Of a stretch of DNA of 64,000 nucleotides, positions 10,776 to 20,048 are shown piece after piece. The stretch spans positions 1-64,000 of the forward strand of contig JBGASG010000005.1 in the NCBI GenBank assembly GCA_044229845.1, given 5' to 3'. A program made the translations under genes and the position numbers. The notes below the pieces were generated by a model that saw nothing but the letters and a program-made list of their open reading frames with translations, searched no databases and was not told where the DNA came from. How positions within the stretch are numbered: position 1 is the first letter of the stretch; every line of letters begins with the position of its first letter. The DNA comes from Candidatus Obscuribacteraceae bacterium (GTDB lineage: Bacteria > Cyanobacteriota > Vampirovibrionia > Obscuribacterales > Obscuribacteraceae).

Positions 10776-11984
10776 TTAGGGTTGACCGGAATCACTGCTG
10801 GATGCACCTAGTTTATTCTGCAAATGGGCAAGCGACGAGCAGAACAATGCGTAAGACTCGTCGGAAGAATTGGCTTGCGCAATGTATCCATCGCGGATCT
10901 TTCGCGCGAAAGCCATTTTATTCTCATCACCAGTCTGCACTGCAACGTCTGCAAGCTCCGCCCATTTAAGCGCTAGGTCCTGGTGCCTGCAATGCTCCCA
11001 AGCGAGTGGCTCTTTAAGGGACACCAGTTTTTCGTACAATAAGTTCAATTTCTTTTTGCTGATCTTGATTTCGATTGTACGCAGCATCTCGTTGACGTTC
11101 CTCTCCAGAGAGGCGATTCGCTGCAGCGGAGTTCCTTTCGCGTCCTTCTCCTCGTTTTGCTTGGTATCACTGGCGGTCTCTTCGTTTTCTGTCTTATACT
11201 CCATCTGTGCTTGAAGTTCGGCTGCGAGTTCAATGACGATGTTTTTGAACTCCGTTGCAAGCGCCTCTTCGAAGGGCGCAACACAACCAATCAAGCCGCA
11301 CAAAATTTCGAGCCGCAGTCGCACATGATCCATCTCGGTAAGTACTTCCTTGAGAACAAGATTGCGCCGAGCAAGCCTCTCAACGGGATCGGTAAGCATT
11401 TCGTTGAGACCAACGAACGACCACTGAACTTGAAGCGCATTCCACATGGCTTCTTCCTGTTCTTCGGAACTGAACCGATCAGCCTGTGCTGCCCACTTCG
11501 TCACTCCCTCGTCATTGAACTTCATCGAAGTGAGCATTGCTATTTCATTTGCAACAGAAGCATCGACGAGCTTCCGAGCACCAGCGAGCGCAGATTCGAA
11601 TCGGCGATACGCGCGCTCGACACCGGAAGGTATCGATAAGTCTCGAAGTGATGCGCGCAAGTCAGCGAAGGCTCCCTTGAGGCGGAGGCGTAGGATTCTT
11701 CCATGTTGGCCACGATGTTCGTAGCCACCTCTGCCCCTGGGGTACAGTCCATGGAAAATGTGAGGTCCGCACGTCCCATGCGCCGCAAAGTAAGCACGGC
11801 TCGCATCGAGAGTGTAATCGTGGTTAGCTGCCGACTTCACATCGAGTTCGTTAACTGTAAGTCCGTCGAAACACCACCAGCACACGGGACAAATCTCGCC
11901 GACCGCCGCCGTGGTAAATGTCACATAGTCGTAGCACGGGCAGACCACGGTTAAGGGCATGCGAGTTTTCTTGTTCTTGCCCAT
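10776..11984 (-). CDS. CPCC-type cysteine-rich domain fused to a coiled-coil region
   Basis: CPCY...EICPVCWW.FDG...SAANH..TL..SRAYF...G matches the Cys-rich CPCC family; C-terminal heptads; ATG 11984 chosen. Confidence 0.65.
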   Translation of the reverse strand: MGKNKKTRMPLTVVCPCYDYVTFTTAAVGEICPVCWWCFDGLTVNELDVKSAANHDYTLDASRAYFAAHGTCGPHIFHGLYPRGRGGYEHRGQHGRILRLRLKGAFADLRASLRDLSIPSGVERAYRRFESALAGARKLVDASVANEIAMLTSMKFNDEGVTKWAAQADRFSSEEQEEAMWNALQVQWSFVGLNEMLTDPVERLARRNLVLKEVLTEMDHVRLRLEILCGLIGCVAPFEEALATEFKNIVIELAAELQAQMEYKTENEETASDTKQNEEKDAKGTPLQRIASLERNVNEMLRTIEIKISKKKLNLLYEKLVSLKEPLAWEHCRHQDLALKWAELADVAVQTGDENKMAFARKIRDGYIAQANSSDESYALFCSSLAHLQNKLGASSSDSGQP

Positions 11985-12163
11985 AAGACTCGGCACCAGG
12001 AGACGTTCAATGCCTCTATTGTAGTCAACAACGGCAGTTCTTACTGGGAGACCGCGGACTGGCATGAGCAAGACTGCCCATCGTCTACAGGCAGGGCTGG
12101 CGCTTTGGCTGGCTGGGTACAACCTAAATAAGACCCCCGTCCGCACCCACGCGAGAATCAGCC

Positions 12164-13798
12164 ATGCCGGTAAAGAACGCTCCTGCCACCCAGGACAGCG
12201 ACAGCAATACATTGAAGGAGCGCCTCCTTCCAGAGGAATGGCGCCGCTTCGCTTCGCTGGCGCGCACTCGCTATAGTGCCGGCATTGAGCCTGACTATGT
12301 TCACGAGGGGCGTTCGGTTGCCTGCATAGAGGTCGTCGAGGGCAAAGAGAGTGGCTATGTTTCGCTGTCGCGGAGTCTTGAGTTCTCGCAGTATTTTGGA
12401 AAGCGAATAAAGGTGAACGGCTTCGTCAAAGCTGAGGACGTCGTGGCGGACGCGAGTATCTTTTTCACCGTCTTCACAGGTCCGAAATCCTACAATGCGC
12501 AGGGGCTCACACCACGCTTGCGCGGCACGAAGGATTGGCTCAGATTCGAGTTCGAAGCGGACGTTCCGCCAGAAACCCACGACCTGAGATTAGGCGGAAC
12601 AGTGACCGGCACCGGAACGATCTGGTTCACCGATTTGGAAATCGAAGAAGTCGGTACCATAAGTCAGGTCAAGGCAAGCAAGTCCAGGTCCAAAGCCAAA
12701 GCCACAAAGCCCGTTCAAGAAACCTGGCATAGACCGCTGTCTGCCATACCGAAGGGCTGGTACAGCGATGGTTCGCAAGGAAAAGGACGAGTTGGCATCG
12801 ACAAGGAAATCACTTTCGAAGGCGAGAAGGTCGCGTGCATCGAGCATAGCGACTGCCCCGCCCACGCTGAGGTCCGGCTGTGGAACGACATCGACGCGAG
12901 CGGATACATCGGAAAACGGGTGAAGCTTACCGCTTACCTGAAGTCAGAAGCCGTGTCCGGCACCGCAACGATCGGATTGCGAATGAAGAGCCCCAACAAT
13001 GGCTGCGCCGGGCTCGACGAAATGGACAACCGCCCGATTAAAGGCACCACCGATTGGACGATGTGCGAAACGGTGATGGATGTTCCTTCAGACACGGTCG
13101 ACATCCGCATTGGCGCCAGATTGCGGGGAAGCGGAATCATGTGGATCGGTGGACTTTCTTTTGAAGAAGTCGGGAACGATGTTCCGGTCACGGACAACTA
13201 CGCCATGGGCTGCCGGGGCGTGTGGCCAAACCAACCTCTCAATTTGGATTTCGCTGAAGATGAGGATCCGCGGTTCCTCGAACCTGGGCAGCCGACCATT
13301 CCGAAGACCTGGCTTGGCTGGTCGTCGTCGAATCTGCATGAAGTTCTCATTGACGATGATGTGGTGCACAAGAAGGGTGGCAGATCCGTGACCATCAAAT
13401 CGAAGGGGCGGAGCACCGAGCATGATACCGGCGAGTTATTTCAAAAGTTTGGTGCGCCCGAGTATCGAGGGAAGCGGGTTCGTTTCAGTGCGTACACGAA
13501 GACAGCCGACATCGCTGGACATTGCGGGTTGGTCGTTGATCTTTTGGATCCGTGGCAACAGATGATCTTTAGACAAAACACCTACGACCTGGACAGCGCG
13601 AAGTCGCATGATTGGGTCAAGCGAGAGATCGTTGTTGATGTTCCGCATCGGATTGGTGTGATTCTAATCGGTGCCACTCTCGGCGGTACCGGGCAAATGT
13701 GGATTGATTCGGTGTCCTTCGAGGAGGTCGGGCTCGACGTTCCGCTCACGCACAGCTCCTGGAAGGAAACTCCATGGAACCTCGATTTTGCGGCATGA
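12164..13798 (+). CDS. Protein of three tandem beta-sandwich (galactose-binding/CBM-like) domains
   Basis: GKR(I/V)....K...V...DW......DVP.....GG...GTG.IW......EEVG repeated three times; the same domain type occurs fused to AraC regulators and erythromycin esterases. Confidence 0.75.
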   Translation: MPVKNAPATQDSDSNTLKERLLPEEWRRFASLARTRYSAGIEPDYVHEGRSVACIEVVEGKESGYVSLSRSLEFSQYFGKRIKVNGFVKAEDVVADASIFFTVFTGPKSYNAQGLTPRLRGTKDWLRFEFEADVPPETHDLRLGGTVTGTGTIWFTDLEIEEVGTISQVKASKSRSKAKATKPVQETWHRPLSAIPKGWYSDGSQGKGRVGIDKEITFEGEKVACIEHSDCPAHAEVRLWNDIDASGYIGKRVKLTAYLKSEAVSGTATIGLRMKSPNNGCAGLDEMDNRPIKGTTDWTMCETVMDVPSDTVDIRIGARLRGSGIMWIGGLSFEEVGNDVPVTDNYAMGCRGVWPNQPLNLDFAEDEDPRFLEPGQPTIPKTWLGWSSSNLHEVLIDDDVVHKKGGRSVTIKSKGRSTEHDTGELFQKFGAPEYRGKRVRFSAYTKTADIAGHCGLVVDLLDPWQQMIFRQNTYDLDSAKSHDWVKREIVVDVPHRIGVILIGATLGGTGQMWIDSVSFEEVGLDVPLTHSSWKETPWNLDFAA

Positions 13799-13922
13799 TC
13801 AGTTATGCAATTGAATAATGAGGGAAGAATGGGAAGTGATTTGCGATACCTCTGGCTCAGGTGACATTGTTCCACAACACAGAATGTACTTCATCGCAAA
13901 TGGAATGCCGGAGTGATTTAGC

Positions 13923-15023
13923 ATGCGCGACATTTCTAAATTTGACTGGATAACCTCCCTCTCCGACGACTACAGGCAAAGCATTGAGTATTTTTTCGAC
14001 GCTTATGATCGATTACGTGCACGAACGATGGAAGAACATGTTCACGCGCTGATTGATCAAGCTCCGTTCAAAGCGGTAGGAGATGAAGCATTGGAAAATG
14101 CCTGGGTTAGCAATGATGCTTCTGTAATATCGGATGCAGCAGCGCCGACGCTATCGAAAGAATGGTACCGTGCATTTATCACTCAGCATGGAGATCTCGT
14201 CAGATACTTTGATCGATTCACTGTGAGCACGACGCTAGCGATTGTTCAGCTCTTGGATGGACTGTTGATAGCTCTAGAAAGGGGCGACATAATTGTGGCG
14301 TTTTTGTGCGCTCGCAGCATCATCGAAAACTCCTGCACGGTTATAAGAGCCACTGACGACATACAGGGCGACCTCTCAAAGTTAAACAAGGACGGCGATC
14401 TGAATTTACGTCCGGACATGACCGACAAGTTGATTAAACGTGTTCTCGCACGCCGAATAAATTGGGCAAAGTTGCTAGAAAATCCGCGAGATGCAATTCG
14501 CACAAATAATCTGTCTTACGAAACCGCGCCGCTGATGATTGATGTCACGGCTGTCCAAATTTTGAATGCTGTCGATTATGTTAACCGGACATTGCCAGGA
14601 ATACGGGGCGCGTACGATATCCTATGCGAGTTCGCTCATCCAAACCTTGGAGTTTCGCTCGCGTTTCAGCAAAATCAGACCTCTCACAAGGATAAAAATT
14701 CTGTATTGTGGAACCACGTACACCTGAGCCATGGCAAGCCCGTCTATCTATTACGAGAAATGAGCGAAGCATTCTGTGAAGTATTCTCGTGCATCGCGGC
14801 AGTTCTACGGAAGTTCGAGCACGTTCTGGGCGAGGTTGCCCCTGCACAGCGACAACAGTTACAGCTATATTCTGCGAAGATTCTTCGCAAACTGCTAATC
14901 GAACGCGTGGATATCGAGGGAGAGATAGACCTTGAATTGGGCACCCTGCTCGACCCATACGGTCCATGCCCATGCGGAAGCAACCAAAAGTATAAATTCT
15001 GCTGCAATGCAAAGCAGGTTTAG
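13923..15023 (+). CDS. SEC-C motif protein with DUF5677/HEPN-like helical domain
   Basis: C-terminal PCPCGSNQKYKFCC; ARSIIEN and YDILCEFAHPN motifs. Confidence 0.7.
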   Translation: MRDISKFDWITSLSDDYRQSIEYFFDAYDRLRARTMEEHVHALIDQAPFKAVGDEALENAWVSNDASVISDAAAPTLSKEWYRAFITQHGDLVRYFDRFTVSTTLAIVQLLDGLLIALERGDIIVAFLCARSIIENSCTVIRATDDIQGDLSKLNKDGDLNLRPDMTDKLIKRVLARRINWAKLLENPRDAIRTNNLSYETAPLMIDVTAVQILNAVDYVNRTLPGIRGAYDILCEFAHPNLGVSLAFQQNQTSHKDKNSVLWNHVHLSHGKPVYLLREMSEAFCEVFSCIAAVLRKFEHVLGEVAPAQRQQLQLYSAKILRKLLIERVDIEGEIDLELGTLLDPYGPCPCGSNQKYKFCCNAKQV

Positions 15024-15261
15024 AAATCCGCCTCGTTGGAACTGGCAGCAACTGCAGCCTATCTCCTATTCGAGAGTTATGGAAGTGAGGTTAGCGCTGG
15101 CGACTCGATTGCGCACCATCAATGGTGGCGAATCGCCGAAGGATATCGACGCATACTCTTTGGCTAAAGTTGGTCAGGCGACAACATTAACCTGTAACTG
15201 CGGGTATAAAGTCAGTCGGAGTCCTGGAATCTCGGTACCTGAATCAAATGAGGTGAGCGGG

Positions 15262-15534
15262 ATGCGCTTAGCACTTGTTGCCGTTTGCGTTTCGGCTATC
15301 CTGAGCGCGCCAATGTTGCCGTGCTCCGTCTTGGGCGCTGCTGCTCCGGCAATTAGCGCACCGCTTTCTAGCGGCGATGACGTTGTTGTGTTCAACACGA
15401 AAACGTTCAAGTATCACATTCCATCATGTATGTGGGCAAAGCGATGCACGTGCAACTGCATCAAGATTTCTCGGAAGGAGGCATGTTCGAGAGGCGGCGT
15501 ACCGTGCAAAGTTTGTGGCGCCGGTGAGGGGTAA
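15262..15534 (+). CDS. Small secreted Cys-rich metal-binding protein (Ada/nuclease-associated-like)
   Basis: Signal peptide; NTKTFKYH..SC...C..NC....A..RGGVPCKVCG; RBS GAGGTG. Confidence 0.7.
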   Translation: MRLALVAVCVSAILSAPMLPCSVLGAAAPAISAPLSSGDDVVVFNTKTFKYHIPSCMWAKRCTCNCIKISRKEACSRGGVPCKVCGAGEG

Positions 15535-15672
15535 GGCTGAGCATTGGGACTCGCGTGGCGTCAGAGGGAAGCTCTCTCTTCTAGGCTGCGAGCCGTTCTT
15601 TATTCGCCTTACCTTCCTTACTCCGCCTGCGGTGGTGTAATATTGCTTGTCAGTCAAGCTTGGAAGCGAAAA

Positions 15673-16542
15673 ATGAACGGTCGTCAAATTGCATGGCTTT
15701 TTGCTTGTTTGGTTGTAGCTTTGGGCGGGTGTGCCAACAAACCTCAAAGCCGCGCCTGGCCTACTCAGGATGTAACAGCAATGGAAGCGGTGTGGAAGTC
15801 CGATCTCCACACGCAATATAGTGACGGCAAACTTTTTTATCGTGCATCAATAGTGAAAGCTAAGGAGTCCGACAAATCACAATCGTCGTTGGAGCTGATG
15901 CGCCCCAAAGAACTTACACCGGTGAAAGTTCAACTTTTCAACGAAGGCGGTTTCAAGGTGCAAGAGATTCCAGTGAAGTTTGTCGCAACAGAGTTTCGCG
16001 CAACCAGCAAAACAGGTAAATCCAAAGTGCCCACTGCATACGAGGCTAATGACAGTATAGTAAAACCGCAGGATATTCCCGCTGATGCTCTTACATGGAA
16101 GTTGGACTTCTCCGCGGTAGAGCTGCCGCGCAATTTCGATCCAATCAGAATTGTTGAGAGTGATGGAATGCTAGCTTCATTGCAAACGGACTGGCGCGAC
16201 GGGAACTTGTATTTCACCCTGGATTTGAAATCGACAAAGCCTGGGTCGAAGAAGTTCGCCACCATCTGCGAAGGCAAGCCAGTTAGTGCCGCAACAGTCA
16301 CCATCCGCTGCGTTAATTCGACGAACCATACAGTTTGGTCTCGACAAATTCCTATCCAGAAGATGACGACCATAGTCAACTCGAAGAACTTTCCAATAGC
16401 CTTGCAGTTCCAAGACTCTGAACCGGTCCCAAATCAAGTCTATAACTCCATTACCTCTTGGAATTTGGCGCATCCTGACCTTGATAAGTTAGTTCCACTG
16501 GAGCTCAAAGTATGGCGCTGGAAGCAAACTCACACGGAGTGA
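15673..16542 (+). CDS. Lipoprotein with duplicated domain
   Basis: Lipobox LGGC; two related segments (L.TQYSDGKLFY / L.TDWRDGNLYF, each ending W.L). Confidence 0.65.
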   Translation: MNGRQIAWLFACLVVALGGCANKPQSRAWPTQDVTAMEAVWKSDLHTQYSDGKLFYRASIVKAKESDKSQSSLELMRPKELTPVKVQLFNEGGFKVQEIPVKFVATEFRATSKTGKSKVPTAYEANDSIVKPQDIPADALTWKLDFSAVELPRNFDPIRIVESDGMLASLQTDWRDGNLYFTLDLKSTKPGSKKFATICEGKPVSAATVTIRCVNSTNHTVWSRQIPIQKMTTIVNSKNFPIALQFQDSEPVPNQVYNSITSWNLAHPDLDKLVPLELKVWRWKQTHTE

Positions 16543-16631
16543 GTTTCGTTGACGCCTATTGTCGAACATGCATACTGCGTATAAACTAGAAGAATCGGAT
16601 ATTCGTTTGACATCACCGGTGGGGTTTTATC

Positions 16632-18143
16632 TTGCCTCGATTTGATGCGCACTTGTTCGTGTCGTCGGTCCGACGTTTTTCCCGCACGGCGTTAGCGGTG
16701 ATCATTTGCTTGGCGGTGGCCGGGCACCCTTGCCTGGCAGCAACGCTTGCGGAAACAGTCGGTGCCTGTGAAAAAGAAATTGGGGCAAAGACTCGAAGCA
16801 ACGCGACATTAGCGAAGCGGGTTGAGTCCCTAGAAAAAGCCGTATTTGGTTCAGTACAGCAAGGATTAATGGTAGACCGCGTTCATAACCTCCGAAAACA
16901 TCTTTTTGAGCAAGCAAAGGAAAAGGAGACTGCACCTATATTGCAGCCAACGCCACAGGCGAGTCCTGATTCTGAAGAAAACATGCCTGCCTCTCAGCCT
17001 ACGCCGGGAGGTGTCGGAAGTAGTAATTCGGTTGGAAGCCCCGACATTCCCACGATTCAGGCGGAACCTATCACCGCAGAAGATCTTCGAAAGCGCGATG
17101 AACTGATAGAGCGGGCGCGAACACTACACAGTACTGGCAACAATCAATCTGCGATGTCGTGTTTGGAAGATGCTATCGATCTGGATCCCGCAAGTGTCCA
17201 CGCTCACTACTACCTGGGCAAGATCTGGGAAAGTGAGGGCAACTTTGATAAGGCAAAGATGCACTACAAAGCTGCCTTGGCAAGATCACCCGGACACCCT
17301 ACTATTCTGAGGGCCCTCCGCGCCCTCGATGACGGTCCAAAAGACCAAGGACCTAAAGCGCTTCCAGCCGAGACTAGCTCCAGTGCCGGGACGATTGATT
17401 CAGAGCCGGCTACAACTCCGGAACCGATAACGACACCAGCCGCACCGAAACGACTATCGAAAAACAATCAAAAGCCAACCAGTACAACCAGTACAGCTGT
17501 GCCGCAGTCTCAGCGGTCTATAAATGAGCAGTTCGCAAGGCGGCGCGCGGCAATCGCAAAGCGATTCGAACAAGCTAAGGACGACTTTCAACGCGGTGAC
17601 TATCATCTCGCTATTGAGAGTCTTCAGGAAATCGTGAGCGAAGAGCCATTCGACGCAGATGTACATTACGCTCTGGGGCAGGCGCTACGGGGCGCTGGAA
17701 AGAACGATGAGGGGTTGTTTCACTTGCGACAGGCTTGTGATTTAGCTCCAGATAACGAAAAATTTCGCAATACTTTGGCGAGGGCCTCTGCTCCGGTAAA
17801 GGAAGCGCCTTTTAGCCCCAGCACCACGGCTGGTATCACTCCTATGCAACCTGAACCGACATCAGTTGTTCAGTCTGGCTGGCAAGATGAGGAACAACAA
17901 CCGACGCGCAACTACTACACTTCTTCAAGAACCGTTCCCACGGTATCCTATCGATACGATATCTCTCCCCAGACCGTTCCGTACTATTACTACATGCCTC
18001 GCGTTCCCCGCGCGACCAGCGGACTCGTGGGTGGACTGGCCGGTGCGGGAATAGGCATGTCCGTTGCCCGCAATCCAGGGAGGGGGGCATTGTGGGGTGG
18101 ACTTGTTGGCGGACTCTTAGGTTTGTTGGGGGGAGGCTACTGA
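16632..18143 (+). CDS. Secreted TPR protein with C-terminal glycine zipper
   Basis: Signal peptide, two TPR clusters (AHYYLGKIW, VHYALGQAL), GGLAGAGIG...GGLVGGLLG tail. Confidence 0.8.
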   Translation: MPRFDAHLFVSSVRRFSRTALAVIICLAVAGHPCLAATLAETVGACEKEIGAKTRSNATLAKRVESLEKAVFGSVQQGLMVDRVHNLRKHLFEQAKEKETAPILQPTPQASPDSEENMPASQPTPGGVGSSNSVGSPDIPTIQAEPITAEDLRKRDELIERARTLHSTGNNQSAMSCLEDAIDLDPASVHAHYYLGKIWESEGNFDKAKMHYKAALARSPGHPTILRALRALDDGPKDQGPKALPAETSSSAGTIDSEPATTPEPITTPAAPKRLSKNNQKPTSTTSTAVPQSQRSINEQFARRRAAIAKRFEQAKDDFQRGDYHLAIESLQEIVSEEPFDADVHYALGQALRGAGKNDEGLFHLRQACDLAPDNEKFRNTLARASAPVKEAPFSPSTTAGITPMQPEPTSVVQSGWQDEEQQPTRNYYTSSRTVPTVSYRYDISPQTVPYYYYMPRVPRATSGLVGGLAGAGIGMSVARNPGRGALWGGLVGGLLGLLGGGY

Positions 18144-18811
18144 TGCGTCGGTCCTTCTCGATTTTTGTTTTGCTTTTAGCCGTTATTGCGTGGGGTAGTA
18201 CCACGTGTAGGGCGCAAGACGAATCGCCATCTCTTGAGCGAAAGTTGTTGAAGGGTGGCATTCACAAGCAGGAAAAGCTCGATGATTGGGAGCTCGACGA
18301 AGGCAACACGCAAACACCACCTAATAGTGACCAAGAGGTTGGAGCGCAAGGCGAGCCGCAGCCATCGGATGTTGTTAGTCGCTCTAAGCCGCTCAAACTC
18401 GACGCAAGCAAATTTGACGATCGGGGGCGATTTGATATTGGAGCAGAGGCTGGCGATAAACAACTGTTGTTAGCATGGGAACGATGGCATAAGCAATTTA
18501 GTGCAGAGTCTTATACTCGAGCCTGCGCGCGCTCGAATGGAACGGTCTCCGGCTTCGGTTGTTATGACGTAATGGTCTACCGGAATGGGACTGTCGGCGT
18601 GCGACTCGTAAAGTCAGGCGGAGATCCAGCGGTAGCTGCAGCAGGATTGGATGCGATTCGCAGTATGAATGGAAATCCCGGACTGACCTTTCCAGTCGCA
18701 TCTGAACGACAGCAGGTTTCATTTACGAAGATGTTCATGGTTGCTCCGAATATTCGCCCCGGGTACGGTTGGATAACAAACGATTATGAGACGGTTGGAC
18801 AATCGTATTAG
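18143..18811 (+). CDS. Secreted hypothetical protein, TonB-C-terminal-like domain
   Basis: ATG overlaps upstream TGA; signal peptide; V.RNG.V.VRLVKSGGD pattern. Confidence 0.6.
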   Translation: MRRSFSIFVLLLAVIAWGSTTCRAQDESPSLERKLLKGGIHKQEKLDDWELDEGNTQTPPNSDQEVGAQGEPQPSDVVSRSKPLKLDASKFDDRGRFDIGAEAGDKQLLLAWERWHKQFSAESYTRACARSNGTVSGFGCYDVMVYRNGTVGVRLVKSGGDPAVAAAGLDAIRSMNGNPGLTFPVASERQQVSFTKMFMVAPNIRPGYGWITNDYETVGQSY

Positions 18812-18815
18812 AGCG

Positions 18816-20012
18816 ATGTCTCTACTCGTGGTGGCAGTCGTGTTTGTTGCCCTGCATCCACCAATTGGTGTTACGCAAGATTATGAGGCTGACTTATACA
18901 TGGCGGCGTCTGAGGCTTACGATTCTGGAGATCTCAGCAGGGCGGCACAGCTTGCGGATAAGCAATACCGTTTGCAGGCTTCCGCTGGAACCTTCGACAA
19001 GCGCCTGGCTACATTGCTTGCCAGGATTGGGAATGCATATCTAACCAGCGGTTCTCTACTGGAGGCGAACGCAACTCTTCTTCAGGCGCTTGAGGCCAGC
19101 GATAGTTCGTACGGAAAAAATAGTCAGCACTCCGCTAATATCCTCTTGACACTCGGTAGCGTTGAGGAAAGTGCATCGCACCTGTCCAAGGCGCAGGAGC
19201 ACTATTACTCTGCGTTACGCCGGGTTGAGGATACTGTGGATGAGAGCGACCCACTGCTGAACACAATTCGCAAACGTATTGCGCGAGTGGATGCTGTCAT
19301 CCAGTTGCGCTTGCCAAACCAGAGACAGAAACCAAAACCGCTAAGCACGCCCGGTGTTCTTAGCACACGTGATCTAGCGAAAAGGGTTATGTCATCCACG
19401 GTTGCCATTGCTCATGATACCAGTACCGGTATTAGCCTCGGATCTGGATTCTTCGTGGCCCCATATACGATAGCAACAAACTATCACGTTATCGATGACG
19501 GCTTAGGAGTTGGAACCTTCGTCAATCAAAAATCTACGTTCATTTTGGAGAAGGTTGTCTGGACCGACAAAGAAAATGATCTTGCCATAGTGCGAGTGTC
19601 GATTGCCGGCATACCCTTGTCTCTGGGAGATAGTGACAAAGTGCAGGTGGGTGATTCAGTGTTCGCAGTTGGATGCCCAGAGTTTTTGGTTGGGACTTTC
19701 AGTGCCGGAAACATTAGCGCCATCCGAAGTTTGCGAGGCAACAAGCTTTTGCAGACGACTACACCAATTTCGCAGGGGAGTAGCGGGGGGCCTCTGGTCG
19801 ATAGTTCTGGCAAGGTAGTTGGAGTTATCCAATCCTCCTGGCGCAAAGGACAGAACCTCAATTTCGCGGTGCCGGTAAACCTGCTAAAAGGGCTACAGGT
19901 TTCTGGTCAGACCACCAAGATATCCGCACCACGTAGTTCGTCGAAGACGAAAAATGATCAAAGGCCAATTATTAGTCCTAGTGCTTACTCATCGAAAGTA
20001 TCTCGCCCGTAA
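18816..20012 (+). CDS. TPR + trypsin-like (S1C) serine protease
   Basis: Catalytic triad motifs ATNYHV, NDLAIV and ISQGSSGGPL; N-terminal signal and TPR-like repeats; no PDZ. Confidence 0.88.
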   Translation: MSLLVVAVVFVALHPPIGVTQDYEADLYMAASEAYDSGDLSRAAQLADKQYRLQASAGTFDKRLATLLARIGNAYLTSGSLLEANATLLQALEASDSSYGKNSQHSANILLTLGSVEESASHLSKAQEHYYSALRRVEDTVDESDPLLNTIRKRIARVDAVIQLRLPNQRQKPKPLSTPGVLSTRDLAKRVMSSTVAIAHDTSTGISLGSGFFVAPYTIATNYHVIDDGLGVGTFVNQKSTFILEKVVWTDKENDLAIVRVSIAGIPLSLGDSDKVQVGDSVFAVGCPEFLVGTFSAGNISAIRSLRGNKLLQTTTPISQGSSGGPLVDSSGKVVGVIQSSWRKGQNLNFAVPVNLLKGLQVSGQTTKISAPRSSSKTKNDQRPIISPSAYSSKVSRP

Positions 20013-20048
20013 AGAAGAGGAAGTACTTGTGGACGAAAGGTAATCTTG

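Noticed and set aside
13800..16630. Integron cassette array
   Set aside because: No convincing RYYYAAC/GTTRRRY attC pairs and no IntI.
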